Assembly: GCA_905178155.1 (NCBI GenBank)
Contig: CAJINV010000001.1
Location: forward strand, 15,686,142-15,750,141
DNA from: Amoebophrya sp. A120
Taxonomy: Eukaryota; Protista; Dinoflagellata
Direction: 5' to 3'
DNA: 64,000 bases
Shown: positions 11,325-24,090 of the stretch, in pieces
Position numbering within the stretch: the stretch's first letter is position 1
Layout: each line of letters opens with the position of its first letter
The notes under the pieces: generated by a model
What the model was told of the DNA's origin: nothing
The model's database searches: none
Seen by the model: the letters and a program-made list of their open reading frames with translations, nothing else
Program-made: the position numbers and the translations under genes

Positions 11325-12557
11325 TTAGTCCGCTTGTTCTTCTTCTTCTTTTTCTTCATTTTCCTTTTCTTCAGCTACCCGCCATCCGTCGCGCGGCCCG
11401 TAAATCGCCAGCGCTTGCTCCAAATCTATCCAGAGCTCAGTTACGTAGCGCGCGTGCAGAAGTTTGCATGTGTCCCCCCAAGCAGACTGCAAAAAAGGAA
11501 CTGGTCCTTGTATCAGTCCGAAGGCTTCCGGGATTTCCTCGAGCTGTTTCACTGCAGTCGGGATTTTCATGTCGCACAAAGCGTTCAACCTCTCCAGCTC
11601 CTGGGCAGTCGGCACCGGGAAATACTTCGTCACCATCTGCAGTCGCGGTTGCACAACACCGTGAAAGCACTCCCCAGCGCCGGTGCCACGCTTCGTATTC
11701 CACGGAAATTCATCTGGTCGCACGACTGTGTTAGTTTCCGGGTCTATCAAAGTCATCGCTTCGGCCGCTAGCTCAAAGACGTCGCGCGGGCGGCTGCGCC
11801 TGCTGGTCCTCGGTCTGCCTTCCGGATGATCATGGACCAGGCGAGCTACCGGAATGTCGGTTCTGTTGCGGTTTTGCCGCATACATACCGATGGAGGTAG
11901 TCCATAGCGGCACACCTGCTCGTCCACGAGAAGCCTTAGCTCTGCTTGCTCAGTGACCTCAACCACCTTCCGCAAGGTGGTAACGCGGGCAATCGCGATT
12001 TTAAGGCGAAGCCATTCTATCTCACTAGTACGGGATCCGTAGCTCCTGGAGCTTGGGGAGGCGACTCCGTCGATGTCCTCTTCATCTTCTGTTTCTGCAC
12101 TCGTATCGCTTTCGTATTCAATAAACTCGTTGTCTTCATCCTCTCCAGATGAACTCGAGAGATTTGCCCACTGCTCGAAAGGTAGCCGCGCTATTTCGTC
12201 ACCACTGAGAGGTGAGAGAATGATCAGGTCGGGTCGATCTGGAGCAGCTGTAGTGGTTCGGGGGTCCTCCCGTTGAGCGGACGATGAGGCCGTGGGTGAG
12301 GCATTTTCTGACACCCAACGTGAAGCCGCCTGCAGAACTTCGCCGGATCGGAGGTTGGCACCAGCAGGCTCCTGAGCTGCGTCCTGATCGCCATTCTGCA
12401 GCAACGTCGCGGAAATTGAAAACTGAACCTTCAGCTTCACAGCATAAGGACCACAAAAAAACTTGGTTTGGAATAAAAAAACGAGGCACAGGAAATGGTG
12501 TGCCCTGGTTCTCAAACCGAACCCATGCGTAAACTTAAGCCTCATAATGGGCGACAA
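11325..12557 (-). CDS. Hypothetical protein with hydrophobic N-terminal segment and acidic tracts, 410 aa
   Basis: Long ORF with HHFLCLVFLF near the N-terminus. No family recognised. Confidence 0.55.
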   Translation of the reverse strand: MSPIMRLKFTHGFGLRTRAHHFLCLVFLFQTKFFCGPYAVKLKVQFSISATLLQNGDQDAAQEPAGANLRSGEVLQAASRWVSENASPTASSSAQREDPRTTTAAPDRPDLIILSPLSGDEIARLPFEQWANLSSSSGEDEDNEFIEYESDTSAETEDEEDIDGVASPSSRSYGSRTSEIEWLRLKIAIARVTTLRKVVEVTEQAELRLLVDEQVCRYGLPPSVCMRQNRNRTDIPVARLVHDHPEGRPRTSRRSRPRDVFELAAEAMTLIDPETNTVVRPDEFPWNTKRGTGAGECFHGVVQPRLQMVTKYFPVPTAQELERLNALCDMKIPTAVKQLEEIPEAFGLIQGPVPFLQSAWGDTCKLLHARYVTELWIDLEQALAIYGPRDGWRVAEEKENEEKEEEEQAD

Positions 12558-13384
12558 CCACTTCTAGTACTTCACACTCAAAAATGCCTCTGTCTGTGAC
12601 TACAACTTTCGATTTTATGGCTTTGTAGTTCCCCATACTTCGGTCTTAGGGACGTCCTCGTCCATGATCATGATCGATCCTGCTGTTATAAGTACCTCAA
12701 AGTGGCGACATGAAGATTTGCGTTCCGTGTAAAGAGGAGTACTGCACAACAAACACTTAAAACAGATAAAGAGAACCAATGAAAAACGCTGATTGAAACT
12801 GAAGATGGTCAAGATCGTCTTCTGCAACGGAAGATTAGAATCACACCATAACCGCAAACAGGTAGACCATGTCGATGACTATGACCTTCGGAGTTTGTAC
12901 TGCGTTTATTCATCTCATTGATCTACCATCATGGATCTACATCTACCAACATCGTCATAGAACTTTCGACATCAAAACGCCTACGAACTGACACTGGCCG
13001 CGAGCTTCGGAACAAATTCTTGTGAAGTGCCGGAACGCGAGCCCCATCATCTAGTAGCCGGCGCCAACTTGAAGTTGTGATTTGCGGACGAGAATTAGAA
13101 CCAGAATCTGTTCCTCGCGTACTTATCATGAGTCAGCAGATCAACGTATATCTGGGTCCGAGTCTCAGTCTCTCAATCCTTCTGTATGACTAAGTGGGAA
13201 TCGATGGTGTGTGCGCTAGGATCCAATCCAAACTCAATCGTCGAACCTAGTAGTTGTACTTGTAGTACTACTTACCCATCGTGCTGTATAAAAAAATTCA
13301 CCTGGACTACACACAGAGAGTAAGAGGCTTCCGCGGTGATTTTCAATTTGTACAAAATCCGGGTTTACTAGCCTGCACCTACCC

Positions 13385-16300
13385 CTACTCCTTCTTTCCC
13401 TCGTCCCGGTAGAACTTGGCTAAGTAGTTGTTTTATGCATTGCAAAAGTATCGCACTAGTATAAATCGCAATACAAATTTTTTCAGAAAAAAAATGGAAT
13501 TTGTAATGCTGATTTCGCTAAGACACAAGATTTGCCATGCGTGATTGCAATTAGTACGAGTACGATACTTTTGCATTGCATATGTTTTCTCTGGCGACCA
13601 TGTCTTTGCACTTGTAGTCCAGTACCAGTTCTCGCAGTAGCGTTCGAATCGCGATCGATACGTCTTCTTTGTCCCCAACCAAACTATCAAATGCAAAAAT
13701 GTCTGGGTCTGGAAAGTTGCCGGGTTTGTCATGCACATTTGCATGACCCAGGACGTCTGTAATGCATGGCCTAGCATCGCAGATTTTTAGAGGGCTTCCT
13801 GGACCTGATGTCTATTCCGCATGACAAGTGCCCTCCTCGCGTAGCACAAACTAGACTCCTCTTGCTGATCATGCAATACAGATTTTTTTAGAGTCCAAAG
13901 TTAGCATCACAAGCTCCAACCTTCCAGACCCAGACATTTTTACATTTGATACAACCCGGACGCTCGCAGTAGCTCTGCCAACACGTCGAAATCCGGCCCC
14001 CGATACGCGGCGCAAACCGCCGCAAGTGCGGCGGTTTCGTTCCCAACTAAAGAGCACGCCCAGACCGACGCAAACCGCTCGTGCACGACATCGCTGGTCG
14101 CGAATGAGGTAATATGCTCAGCGTTCTGTTTAGACGCTTTTGACGATGTTACTGCCGCTGCCAAAAAAACCTCCTTACTCGTAGTTACATCTGCACTAAC
14201 AGAATCGCTACCACCGCAACCGAAAAGTTCGGTGAGCTGATTCAGCGTCCGCTTGAATGTGGATTCGCGCTCGTCCACCGAAGGCGAAGCAGAAGCAGCG
14301 TTCTCGGCTGAGGCCGCGGCCTTCTTCGCTTTTTTCCTGGGGGTGCTGCTAGAACAAGATCCTTCACCATCTGGCTCGAACAGTTCCTCCAGCAACGTAT
14401 TGTTACTACCCACCACTTCCAGGTCGTCCAGCTCATTCGCGTCCCGTTGCCGCTTGTTCTGTTGGCTGTAGTTCAACATCAAAGCAGCACTGCCCGTTTT
14501 CGCGAGAAGCAGACTCTTCGGAGGCGCAACTGCGCGGTCTACCCCCTTCATCCGCGACCACGGTTCACCACTTTCATCAAACTGCTCCACCTGCTCTGTA
14601 AAAAAATCGGAATTCGCGGCCTGTTCCATCTTCTTCGCTGCTCCTTTGTAATCCTGGTACGCCGCGCCCTCCTTCGCCAACCGTGCCCCATAGGCCTTTT
14701 TGCAGAGGTCGAGAAACTGCGCTTTCTTTTTCTCGGCTGCCGCACGGACTTTCGCTACTTCCGCGTTGTGCGCCTCCACCACGCCGGGCGCCAGGCCCGG
14801 CAGGGGCTCAATCGGGTCCGGGAGCGGCACCACGTAGTTCGGGTCTTTTGGTTTTTTCATGTAGCCGCCCGCGTTCACGTGCGTCTTGCCGATGAACTTG
14901 AGGCGAAACAGGCACTCCACGCAGGTGTATCCCGTCGTGCCACACACCTCGTTCCGCACGCGCGCGCAAAAAGTTTCGAAATCCGGCGGGTTGTTCAATT
15001 CCTGGGCTATGGATCCCGATGTTTTCTTTTGGTTTTGCTTTCCCGACAAAATCACCGCCCGCAACGCCTCGCTCGTCAGCCTCTTGACGCTGCGTTTGTT
15101 CGTGACGGTGTCCGTCGAAGTGTACAGCTCGAGCAGCGTTTTTCCCGTGGGCTTGGTCTCGCCCGTGAGCTTGTTCGTTTTCGGCACCTGCATTCTTACG
15201 TCGAACTCGGTCTTGAAGTCCTCTAGCGTGGATGGAAATGTGAAGGGCTCCGCGGTCTTGCTGTGTTTTTCAAATCGGTTCACGTGCCGGCCCGAGGAGG
15301 CCGATTTCGGGAAGTGGTGTGGCGGTTTCAGCAACCAACAGATCGCGCAGAACTTCGAGGGCCGCATCACCATCACGGTCTTCAGCTCTTTGCGCGGGAT
15401 CGGCTGGAGAATGTAGTTGCTCACGATATCCCCAGAAAAAAACCCATGCCATCTTCCCACCCATCCATTTTTTGCATGAGATGAGACAATGTCTTCACTC
15501 GATTTGAAGATTGTTGTTTTGCAATGGCATCAAATTGAATGGGGATCATGGGTGTTTTTCCTGGATACGCGATGTCCGCATCGTATTGCTTCTTCCGCGC
15601 GTCGTAATCCTTCCACAGCTCCTGGATATACGGCTCGCACATTTTGTTGAAGAACCGGACCAACTGGCGGCGCAGATTCGCGCGGAAGCAGCTCGCGTCC
15701 AGTCCCGTTTTCGGAAACACCGTGGCGAGCACCAGAAGCAGGTACCAGTCGCGCTTGTCTTCCGGCAGTTCCGGCCGGGTGGGCACGTTTTTGCACACGC
15801 TCCACGCGTTCCCCAAGGGCTTGTCGCCCGCTTGGGTGATGCCGATCGCGGTCAGCACCAAACTGCGCAGCATGCTCGGGACCGAGTCGAACCGATTCGC
15901 GGGGGTGAGGGAAGCGACGTTCCGCAGGCGGTCGTGCAGGACCAGGGACAAGTCGAGCAAAATTTTCACCAGCACCCACTGCGCATTCTGAATCGTCAGC
16001 TCCCCACCGCCGCCGGTTTGCGTCGTCACGACGCGTTGCAGGGAGCTGGAGTTCTGGATCACCTTCGCGACCGCCATGCGCCACATCTGGACGTCGGGCT
16101 TGGCCGTCTCTTCGTCCCACGGGATGTAGGTTTGCTTCCTCATAAAAATCTCCTCGGCCTCACCGCCCTCCTGGACCGCGTAGCGCGCGAAAATGGGAAT
16201 CGGAATCACCGGCGCCGTGTTCTGCACGGGGCGGTAGCACAGGGTCGTCTTTGCGTGTTTCTCCCCACCGCCTTGCTGCTCGTTCAGGGCGATGTTCGCG

Positions 16301-19300
16301 GTGGCTTCCGGGATGGCAGCGATGTCGGAATACACATCTGCCTCGAACGTCAACATGCGGTTACTCACCCCACAAATGGCTGGAGAGATCGAGGTCGTAG
16401 GGGAAGCCGCCGCGGAGGTTGCTGCACCGGTAAAGGCACCGGAGCTAGTACCTTGGGTTTGGTTCTTTTGTCGCTGTAGTGGCTCCTGCTCAGAGCCAGC
16501 CGGGGAGATCGTCTTCATCTTGTTCTCCCTCTGTGCAATACGGTTTTCAACCGCTCGCAACAGCTTTGCGTCGGGTTTGGTGCGTAGAAAATCCTGGTTA
16601 GGGCCGCAGATCGCGAGCACTTGGTGCTCGAACGTCGTCTTGCTGTCCAAGGTATCGATGACCGCGTGCAAAATCGTTTGGCACACCTCTGGCTGGCTGT
16701 AGTAGTCGAAGAAGTCGTCTCTACTCATGTTCTTCAGCGTCGACAGGTTCGTCTTCGTAGTATCCGCCTTCTGCTGCGCGCGCGCACCGCGCTTGTTCTT
16801 GGCGGCCAGCTCGACGCATCCTACAGAAAAGCACACCCATAGATACCAGAAAAGGATGAGAATTTGTGTTGATGTTGCGGCTGCGGGTTTTAGTTTCACT
16901 GTATTAGTAGATTTGCGAGGTACTCAGCATGTGCATGATGAACTTTTTTCGTACCTACATCGCGAATTGCCAAAACCACGGTCACGACATGAATTTTTAT
17001 CAATATGGGTGTGTAAACTTGTTTTCTGCAGGATACCACGATCATTGCGTAGGTCGCGTTGTTCTTTCGCTTGCTGCTCAGGTCGAAAAATCGCGCCAGG
17101 TACACACACTTCCGCTTGATTTTCGCGCTCATCTGCTTCAGTTGCTGCGCAACGCGAACGGCCTCAAGGTCCCCGTTCTGCCAGGCGCGCGTCAAAGCGC
17201 TGATCGCAGGCGACGCTCGGTCGGTGTTCTCTTTCTGGGCGGTGGAGGCGGACTCGGTGGAAGGCACTGTTCGGATCGACATGGGCACATCTCCCTCAGC
17301 GGACGACGTTGCGGAAAGCAATGGCGCTGCGGCGCTGTCGCCACCACCTGAACTAGCAAGGGGTGTTTCATCTTCGGTTGTAAGAACGAGGGTTGCGTGC
17401 AGGGACAAAATCTCCGGCACGATCTGTTCGTTCCAGAGCGAGGCGAGCGATTTTCGGCATGATGATACTTGGCCTTCAAACGCAACCCACTCCAGGTGGC
17501 TCAAAAGACTTTTCAAATGCGGGCCCACAGTGCCCTCGAGCCGCTTGCCCAGTTCCTGCTCGAACGCGTTGTGCTTCCTCAACAGCAGTGCTTGCTCGCG
17601 CTGCTTCCGCAGCGTCGCAAGTTCTACTTCCCGCGGCGCAGAATGATCTTCAACTGGTTGTGGTTCATCCGTGGAGGGGGCCCCCGCAGATGTTGAAGTA
17701 GTTCCATTATTCGCAGTTCCTAGCTGGAGCTCCCCAATTCCCGCTGCCATGTCGTTGATCCGATTTTCTTCGTGGAACGCAGCTGTCAATTCCGCGAGTT
17801 TCGGCTTCATCTCCGTTTCCAAGCCCTGCAGGAGAAGCGGTTTGAACAAAGATTTGTCAACGAAGGCAGCCAGCTCGGAGAACGGAACGTAATCACCCGG
17901 AGGAATGAGAATCTTGCCCACGCAATCTACAAAGGGTCCGGCGGTGCTAGTCACAGAAGTACTCGCAGATCCGCGGGATGGTGGCGCAAAAGCAGCGGAC
18001 GATGTCCTAGTCGTTCCACAGAAGTCCCCCTCGTCCGAGAGAAGACCTCGAAAGGCCCAATCCCGCACATTTGAAAGCATCTTGGCCACTGTGATGTTGG
18101 TGCCGGTTGTGCCAGTGCCGTTTATATTATCTTCGTTCACGACCTCCGGTGATGTTGCGAACAATAGCTCTCCCGTTCCCAAGCCTATTTCTTCGCGCAC
18201 ACTCATTTTGGCCTGCCCGTCCGGTCGGCCGACAATGTGCAAGCGGTCCACCACGAACTCCACGGGCGCAAACGCCGGTGAGGTCGGGTCCGCGTCTCCG
18301 AAAATTTTCGTCGAAAATTGCTGCATTCGGGTGTCCGCATCTGCGGACGCGCACTGCCCGAGCGTCAGATGCGGATGGAAGTAGTCGGCGGTTCCTCTTT
18401 CCCCTGTTCGCGGTTGATCCGCGACGATTTTATCGGCACCGCAGTCCATCAGCGCTTGCTCGATTGCGTCTATCAGTTGGCTGAAAGAGCCTTGACTGCT
18501 GCAGCTCGGTGTGCCTTCCATCGGGTCGTCGAAGTCGGTGGTGTTCTCCTCGCCGCCTTTTGAGAGAGAGGACGACGTGGACTGCACCACGTACTCCGGC
18601 ACTAAATGTAGCGTTGCAGAGCCCTTTTGGCTGAACTTGCCGACCCGAGAAAACCGAATCTTGAACGGTGAAAGTTTTTTGCATGCAGCCTGCAGGCTTT
18701 TCAGAAGCGGGGACTCTTTCATCCCGTCTGTCGCGTCGTTTGCTTCGAACCCTTTTACAAAGGGGAACAAAAGGTTGACGTGCGGCATCCACTTGTGATA
18801 GGCCTTATCGTGGTCGCGACGGACGGCTTCGACCTTTGCATAGAAACTTGCCAGCTGGGGCTGCGCACCGGGCGGAATCAGGCACACGGCGGAGTGCCGC
18901 GACATCTCTTGCAGTTTCAAATTGGCTACAACCTTATTTTTCGATTGACTAGCTTTTGCTTTGTTGCTCAGGACCGAGCTCCCCTCCTTGCTATTTTTCC
19001 CTGATGCCGCCGGTCCGAAGTAGGTCACGCCCTCGGGCACGTGTTGGAAGACCTCGTCGATCAGCGTCGACCCGCAGCAGCTCGGCCCCTTGCGCAAGAC
19101 CCGCACCGCCGTCACCTGCGTCTCGTCGGCTTTGTTCACCACCACGGCCAGCACAACACACTTCTGTCCGAGGAGGAAGAATGGGTTCATGTCAATTTGC
19201 CCGATTGCCGCCTCGGCCGCGGCCTGGACATCGCCATTGGTCAGCTTCAAGTCTGCCCGGGTGTAGATCACGCAGAGGCAGTCCTCGAAAGCCCGCTTGG

Positions 19301-21972
19301 GTCCGTCCACGAAACTCATTGCTTCGTAGGGAATGCGGTTCGCGTCGTCGATTAGGAGCAAAGTAGGATTTTTCGTCGGGGACCATTTCGTAAGCGGCCC
19401 TTCCTCAATCTCCCCCATCATCAGCAAAACAGGTTGCTTCGAGTGCTTTGCGGCAGTCAACTGGCCGAGGAACGCTTTAGTAGTAGTATTCGAACTAGCA
19501 CCAGCAGAGGACGGCATTTTTCGAAACCCGTTGGCAAACTCGATAAAAATGGACACCTCCGTTAGTGATTTTTTTCCTTTGGCACTACCGGTGGAGGAGG
19601 TCTTCTGTTGTTCACCACCATGCTCTTCCGGATCGAAGAGTTGCGCCAGCGTCTTTGCAGCACCAACGGAGTTCGAAACCACAACCGGGCCAGGAACGTG
19701 CGCGAATGGATCTATTTTTACGTCCGCGTTCTGTTGATCTACTTTTCCCGTTGAGGTGGATATCCTGCTCCCAGCCGCCGGCGCTCCCTGCCTGTCCTGA
19801 GCTGTACCACTGGACGAGGCTCCTCCTGTGGCCGAATCACCATCGGCTTCTCCCGCTGCAGCTGCCCTACGTTCGATTTCGCGCAGGGACGGCGCGGTGG
19901 CGAAATACGCTTCTGCCGTCTCGAAGTAGTGTTTGTAGCATGCTGCGGACACCGGCGCAGACTTGTCGAGGCCGCGCGGGCAGTAGCCCTCCTGTGCAGT
20001 GTGAAGGTAAAATCTAAGTTTGTGGGTCCACTGTTCCTCATCCTGGCTTTCCCCCTCGTCAGACGCAGCTGGTTCTTCTTTATTTTCATCGGCCGCGTCA
20101 ATTTCATTTTCTTTCTCTGCGAACCGAGACTTGAGTCCGCTCAGAGACATCTTCAGCTTCTTTTTCTTCCGCATTTTTCCTTCAAACAGTAGCTGCCCGA
20201 GAGAAGTAGAGCCTCCGCCTGTGTTCCGCACAACCTGGAAACTTATCGCGCCATACGTGATACTTTCCCCAATCCGGTCGTTCATGGGTGCCGGGCAGTA
20301 ATAGCAGGTGTTCAACCCGTCGGAATCGACGTGCATCAGCATCACGATCGGGCGGTCACGACTCCACGCCTTCAGCTTTGTGCTCTGGTAGCCGGAAAAG
20401 AGCACGCAGCCGATTCCTTGTGACTCTTCCTCGGCACCGCAAGGGGGAAAAGGCAGACATTCCGGGCGGAACTCGAATTCGTGCACGAGCATCGGACACG
20501 TGGTCCCGCCCGGAACGTTCTCGCTGCCCAACTGGTCCCCACTCCCGAGAGCCAAGCTGCCGCTGAACCGCGTCCTCGAATAGGTTAGGTTCAAGCGCTT
20601 CTCGGAGCCAGCGAGACTCAAGTCGTAGTAGGTCGGCTTCTGCCGCGAATACACGACGAGGAACACTTATCAAAAGAAAAAAGCTCGTCACGATCACTCA
20701 TGGGCATGTTTGCAATACAAAATTGTCTGTCATGCGTAAAAATGCATCACAGCCACACTTCATAAGGGATTTCCCTAGTGTTTCTGCAATACAAGGCGAA
20801 GCTGTGATGCTAAAAAAATTTGTAATGCAAAACCTGCAACTTAGCGACTGTGACAAACTTTTTTCTCCCCATAACACTTTCCCGTCCTTCAACACAAAAT
20901 CTTCGCCGGGGTTCATGTATGGCGTTCTCAACTGTTACAACATTCACAACTGTTACATGAAATTTGTCACGCAAGAACAGCAACAGTGAAAGTGGCAATA
21001 TTCTTGCAGCTTTCGCATCACAGATTTTCCACAGATCATCATGCTGGTTAGCCCTTCGAAAATTTGTCATGCTAAGCACCTTGATCAAGTGGAGCGAGGC
21101 GGGTGGGAATTGTGCATCACAAATCCGTGTAACAGTTGAGAATGTAACAGTTGAGAACGCCATATCATGGGGCGGAGCATTGGGGTTTCCAGATCCACGG
21201 GAGGCTGGCAAGTCTTCAGCAAGGACTTCCCACTTTGCAAAACACCCGGTTTGGTTAAGTACTTCAGCGCCCGCTGGACCTTGTCATAGGCAGATTGCGT
21301 GTCGAAATTCAGGTCCGCAACCTGCTCAGCGAATTCCAGCCGCTGGGCGTACGTCTGGTAGCCGCAGTCGTGGAGAAGTGCAATGTTGCCGGACTTCGAC
21401 GTGCGCTCCTTCTGAAAAACAATTTCCCCAAAGGGTAGTGGTTGCGGACCGGTGCTGATGGCGTTATTCGCCTCTCCATTGCCATGTCTACTGTTGCTGT
21501 TCGTGGTCCCTTCTTGATGGCCTTGGTGTTGTGTCTGTCCAGGCGAGACGACACGAAAAATGAACACGTTCGAGCGGTATTTTTCTGCGATCTTTGTACT
21601 TGCCTCACCAGCGCTCAAGCCGCCAGCAACCGCAGCTTGCGCCTCCTCGTCGTGATCCGTGTTGCTGAGGTCGAGAACGCAGAAGAGAACCGCGGTCCCT
21701 TTTTTTCCCAGGTTATGCAAGTCGTTCCCACTGCTCCTACAAGTCATTGTTGTACCAGGCGAAGATATAGAAGCAGACGTATTTATTTTCAAGCCTAGCA
21801 CTTTCGAAGCGAAATACTCTTGAGTACAGAATACTAATTCCGCGTCGCGATTCCACGTATCGGTTCTGGCCGCCTCAATGGCCGATTTCAAAGTTGTGCT
21901 TCTTTTACCGTTCAGGGACTGGAGCCAAGAGGAGGGCACGCGCCCCCGCTCACTCGATTCCTGGGCACCCAT
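13385..21972 (-). CDS. Giant (~2442 aa) protein with internal 2H phosphoesterase (2'-5' RNA ligase-like) domain and C-terminal CxxC motifs; six non-canonical introns
   Basis: ORFs 21085-21972, 20698-20931, 16896-20666, 15421-16899, 13940-15460 and 13551-13736 join in frame when each TIR element plus one 5-bp TSD is removed. 8588-1259 = 7329 nt = 2443 codons ending in TAG at 13387-13385. 2H motifs: RHSAVCLIPP..WMPHVNLLFPF and FHPHLTLGQ. Confidence 0.8.
13434..13582. mobile_element. TIR element / non-canonical intron, family B
   Basis: TATGCATTGCAAAAGTATCGCACT...AGTACGATACTTTTGCATTGCATA; TSD TGTTT/TGTTT. Removal gives AREN-NYLAKF in frame. Confidence 0.9.
13685..13951. mobile_element. TIR element / non-canonical intron, family A
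   Basis: TATCAAATGCAAAAATGTCTGGGTCTGGAA...TTCCAGACCCAGACATTTTTACATTTGATA; TSD CAAAC/CAACC. Joins ASGL-VGDKE. Confidence 0.9.
15427..15567. mobile_element. TIR element / non-canonical intron, family D
   Basis: TATCCCCAGAAAAAAACCCATG...CATGGGTGTTTTTCCTGGATA; TSD CACGA/CGCGA. Joins DADIA-SNYIL. Confidence 0.85.
16817..17035. mobile_element. Degenerate TIR element / non-canonical intron, family D-like
   Basis: CATCCTACAGAAAAGCACACCCAT...ATGGGTGTGTAAACTTGTTTTCTGCAGGATA; TSD CGACG/CCACG. Joins AMIV-ELAAK. Confidence 0.75.
20668..20873. mobile_element. TIR element / non-canonical intron
   Basis: TATCAAAAGAAAAAAGCTCGTCAC...GTGACAAACTTTTTTCTCCCCATA; TSD ACACT/ACACT. Joins DGKV-FLVV. Confidence 0.9.
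20918..21164. mobile_element. TIR element / non-canonical intron
   Basis: Perfect 22-bp TIR TATGGCGTTCTCAACTGTTACA...TGTAACAGTTGAGAACGCCATA with a sub-terminal repeat of CAACTGTTACA; TSD TCATG/TCATG. Joins LRPM-NPGE. Confidence 0.92.
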
Positions 21973-22969
21973 CTTCTTACTTTGGGTGACGTAAGCGTGA
22001 GTTTTTGTTTTACATAGGGCGCTGTGACAAAATTACTGCTCCCCTGCTTCAAATTCAACACAACCAGTCTCAATAAAACATAACAAAATAATACTCAGGT
22101 AGTTCAGGATCGATTTCTTTGTAGTTAGTAGGGCGTATGTATGAAATTCAAAACTAGCGCTTAATAGCGCGTATGTATCATGTGACCTGCATAAACTAAC
22201 ACAAAAAAATATAAAGTAAAAATCACATCATCAACAACGACAAAAAAATCAAAGCAGCTGCAAGCTTCGGCTTACTAACTTCATTGTAAAGTGAGCATAT
22301 GTCAATGAAAATACTTGGCAGAAACCGAAATACAGAACCACAACCAGATTGATTGCGTGCGGCTTCCACGACCGAACTTTGGAAGAACCTTGATTCCGTT
22401 TTCTATTCTATTCCTTTTCAAGCCTGTCAAGAAGAAGACCTTCCTGGTGCTCGTGGTGTTTTCCTATTCCGAGTAACGCTCGTCCACTTGGGTTGGCGTA
22501 TTCGTATACAGCGACACAACAACACTACACTTTGCTCCACAAAGACATTCATCCACCGATCGCTAATATTTTTTTGCTGCAAGAACCGACCACCTACGAT
22601 CATGCTGAGCTGATTAAAGAAATGCCGGTATATATTAACTGCCAATAAAACCATGTTGCCGAAGCCGGAGGAAATGTTGAAAGGTAGAGGTTTCATCAAT
22701 CGCACATCTTCCTCGAAAGGACACAGTATATCAACGTAGCCGATAGACTGCGAGTACGAAGCAAATCAATGTGTGTAACTCTGCAAATCGCCACAAAAAT
22801 GATGTAGGTTTGATATTCTCATCTGACTTTCGTCCCTTCCGCGCGGCCTTTAGCGCCGGCCTGGACCGGCAAGAAGTCTGCCCAACTTCATGATCATCTT
22901 CATGCACACACATGATGGTTGCGTTATTCATCTTTTTAAATAGTACCAATAATAGCCGCCTCAGCGGGG

Positions 22970-23663
22970 GTAGTGAGGTCATGGCGGTTTTTTTGTCTTC
23001 ACGCCAAAAACACAAGCGACTTCTCTGCCCACCATGCCATCGCGATTAATGTTATGCACGATGGCACGGCGGTCGCTAAAAATGACGATCCAGAACTGGC
23101 CTCCATTTGGTTTCGAATCGAAAAACCTTCCCCGCATGCTGTGGCCCCGTCAGGCCCCACCCCAGGGTCGGCCCCATCGGCCCCCAAATCGGGCCCATAG
23201 CATGCGGATTCGCTTTTTGCTTTTGGCGGACTTTGCTTTTTTTGGTTTTTTTTGTTAAAATGCCGCATCTTCTGGCCTTACGTCCGCCTCTGAAGTGGCT
23301 GACTTTGGTGGCGTCTTTTGGGCGGCCCAAATGTGGGCCAAAATGGGGCCCATACCATGCGGCTTCGCTATTTTTTTCGGAGAGCTGCTTTTTGGGCGCC
23401 CCTTTTGGGGCGCCCGAAACCGCCAGAAACCAAGGCGGCGGGCGCCTCAGAAGGGCGCCCATTTTGCCGGCTCCCCTGCGTCGTTTTATCAAATGCGAAT
23501 CGATAGTTTTAGACCGGGCTTGTTTGACGGCAAAGCCCCGGCCGCTTGATAATTGAAAATTTTTTATGCCCAAAAACACTTCCGCCCGCTTGAAAAGTGC
23601 CGGCCGTTTTGCGCACTGCCTGTCAAAAAAGCCGCTAGATTAGAACGCTCGCGACCTCACTAC
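22970..23663. mobile_element. Putative non-autonomous TIR element in intergenic region
   Basis: Inverted repeat GTAGTGAGGTC (22970-22980) / GACCTCACTAC (23653-23663) brackets a compositionally odd stretch of repeated GGCCCC(A)/GGGCGCCC motifs and T/A tracts. No TSD found. Confidence 0.4.
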
Positions 23664-23968
23664 TTGTTGGTCATGGAAATCGATCCCGCACACACGTAAC
23701 ACGATCGCCCCAAATGAAGCCTGTTCCATGATGAAAATGGCTGAAGGTTCTGACTCAAATCGACCCCGTGACATGCTGTTTCGTTCGGATTTTACCTAGA
23801 CCAGCCGTCCTTGGTAAAATCTTGAGCAAGGACCACGGTCCTGAGTAAAATCGTCAGCCAGGCTCTGTAGCTGGTGACGTGATCCTTCTCTCAAGTGATC
23901 CCAAGTAGCTCTCCAGATTGTCCGCGCTTTGGGCAGGTCTCCCGACCTATACCAAGCCCGGGTCAACA

Positions 23969-24090
23969 CTTTATCTGGGACCCCGTCCCCTGATCAAAAC
24001 TTTATCTGGGACCCCGTCCCCTGATCAAAACTTTATCCGGGTCCGCCGTCCTTGATAAAATCTTTACCAAGGCCCGAGGTCCTGAATAAA
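23969..24090 (+). repeat. ~31-bp tandem repeat (2 identical + 2 degenerate units)
   Basis: CTTTATCTGGGACCCCGTCCCCTGATCAAAA at 23969 and 24000, degenerate copies at about 24031 and 24062, related degenerate units at about 23790-23850. Confidence 0.8.

Noticed and set aside
23969-24090. 31-bp repeats as a possible CRISPR array
   Set aside because: The units are contiguous without unique spacers, there are no cas genes, and the context is eukaryotic.
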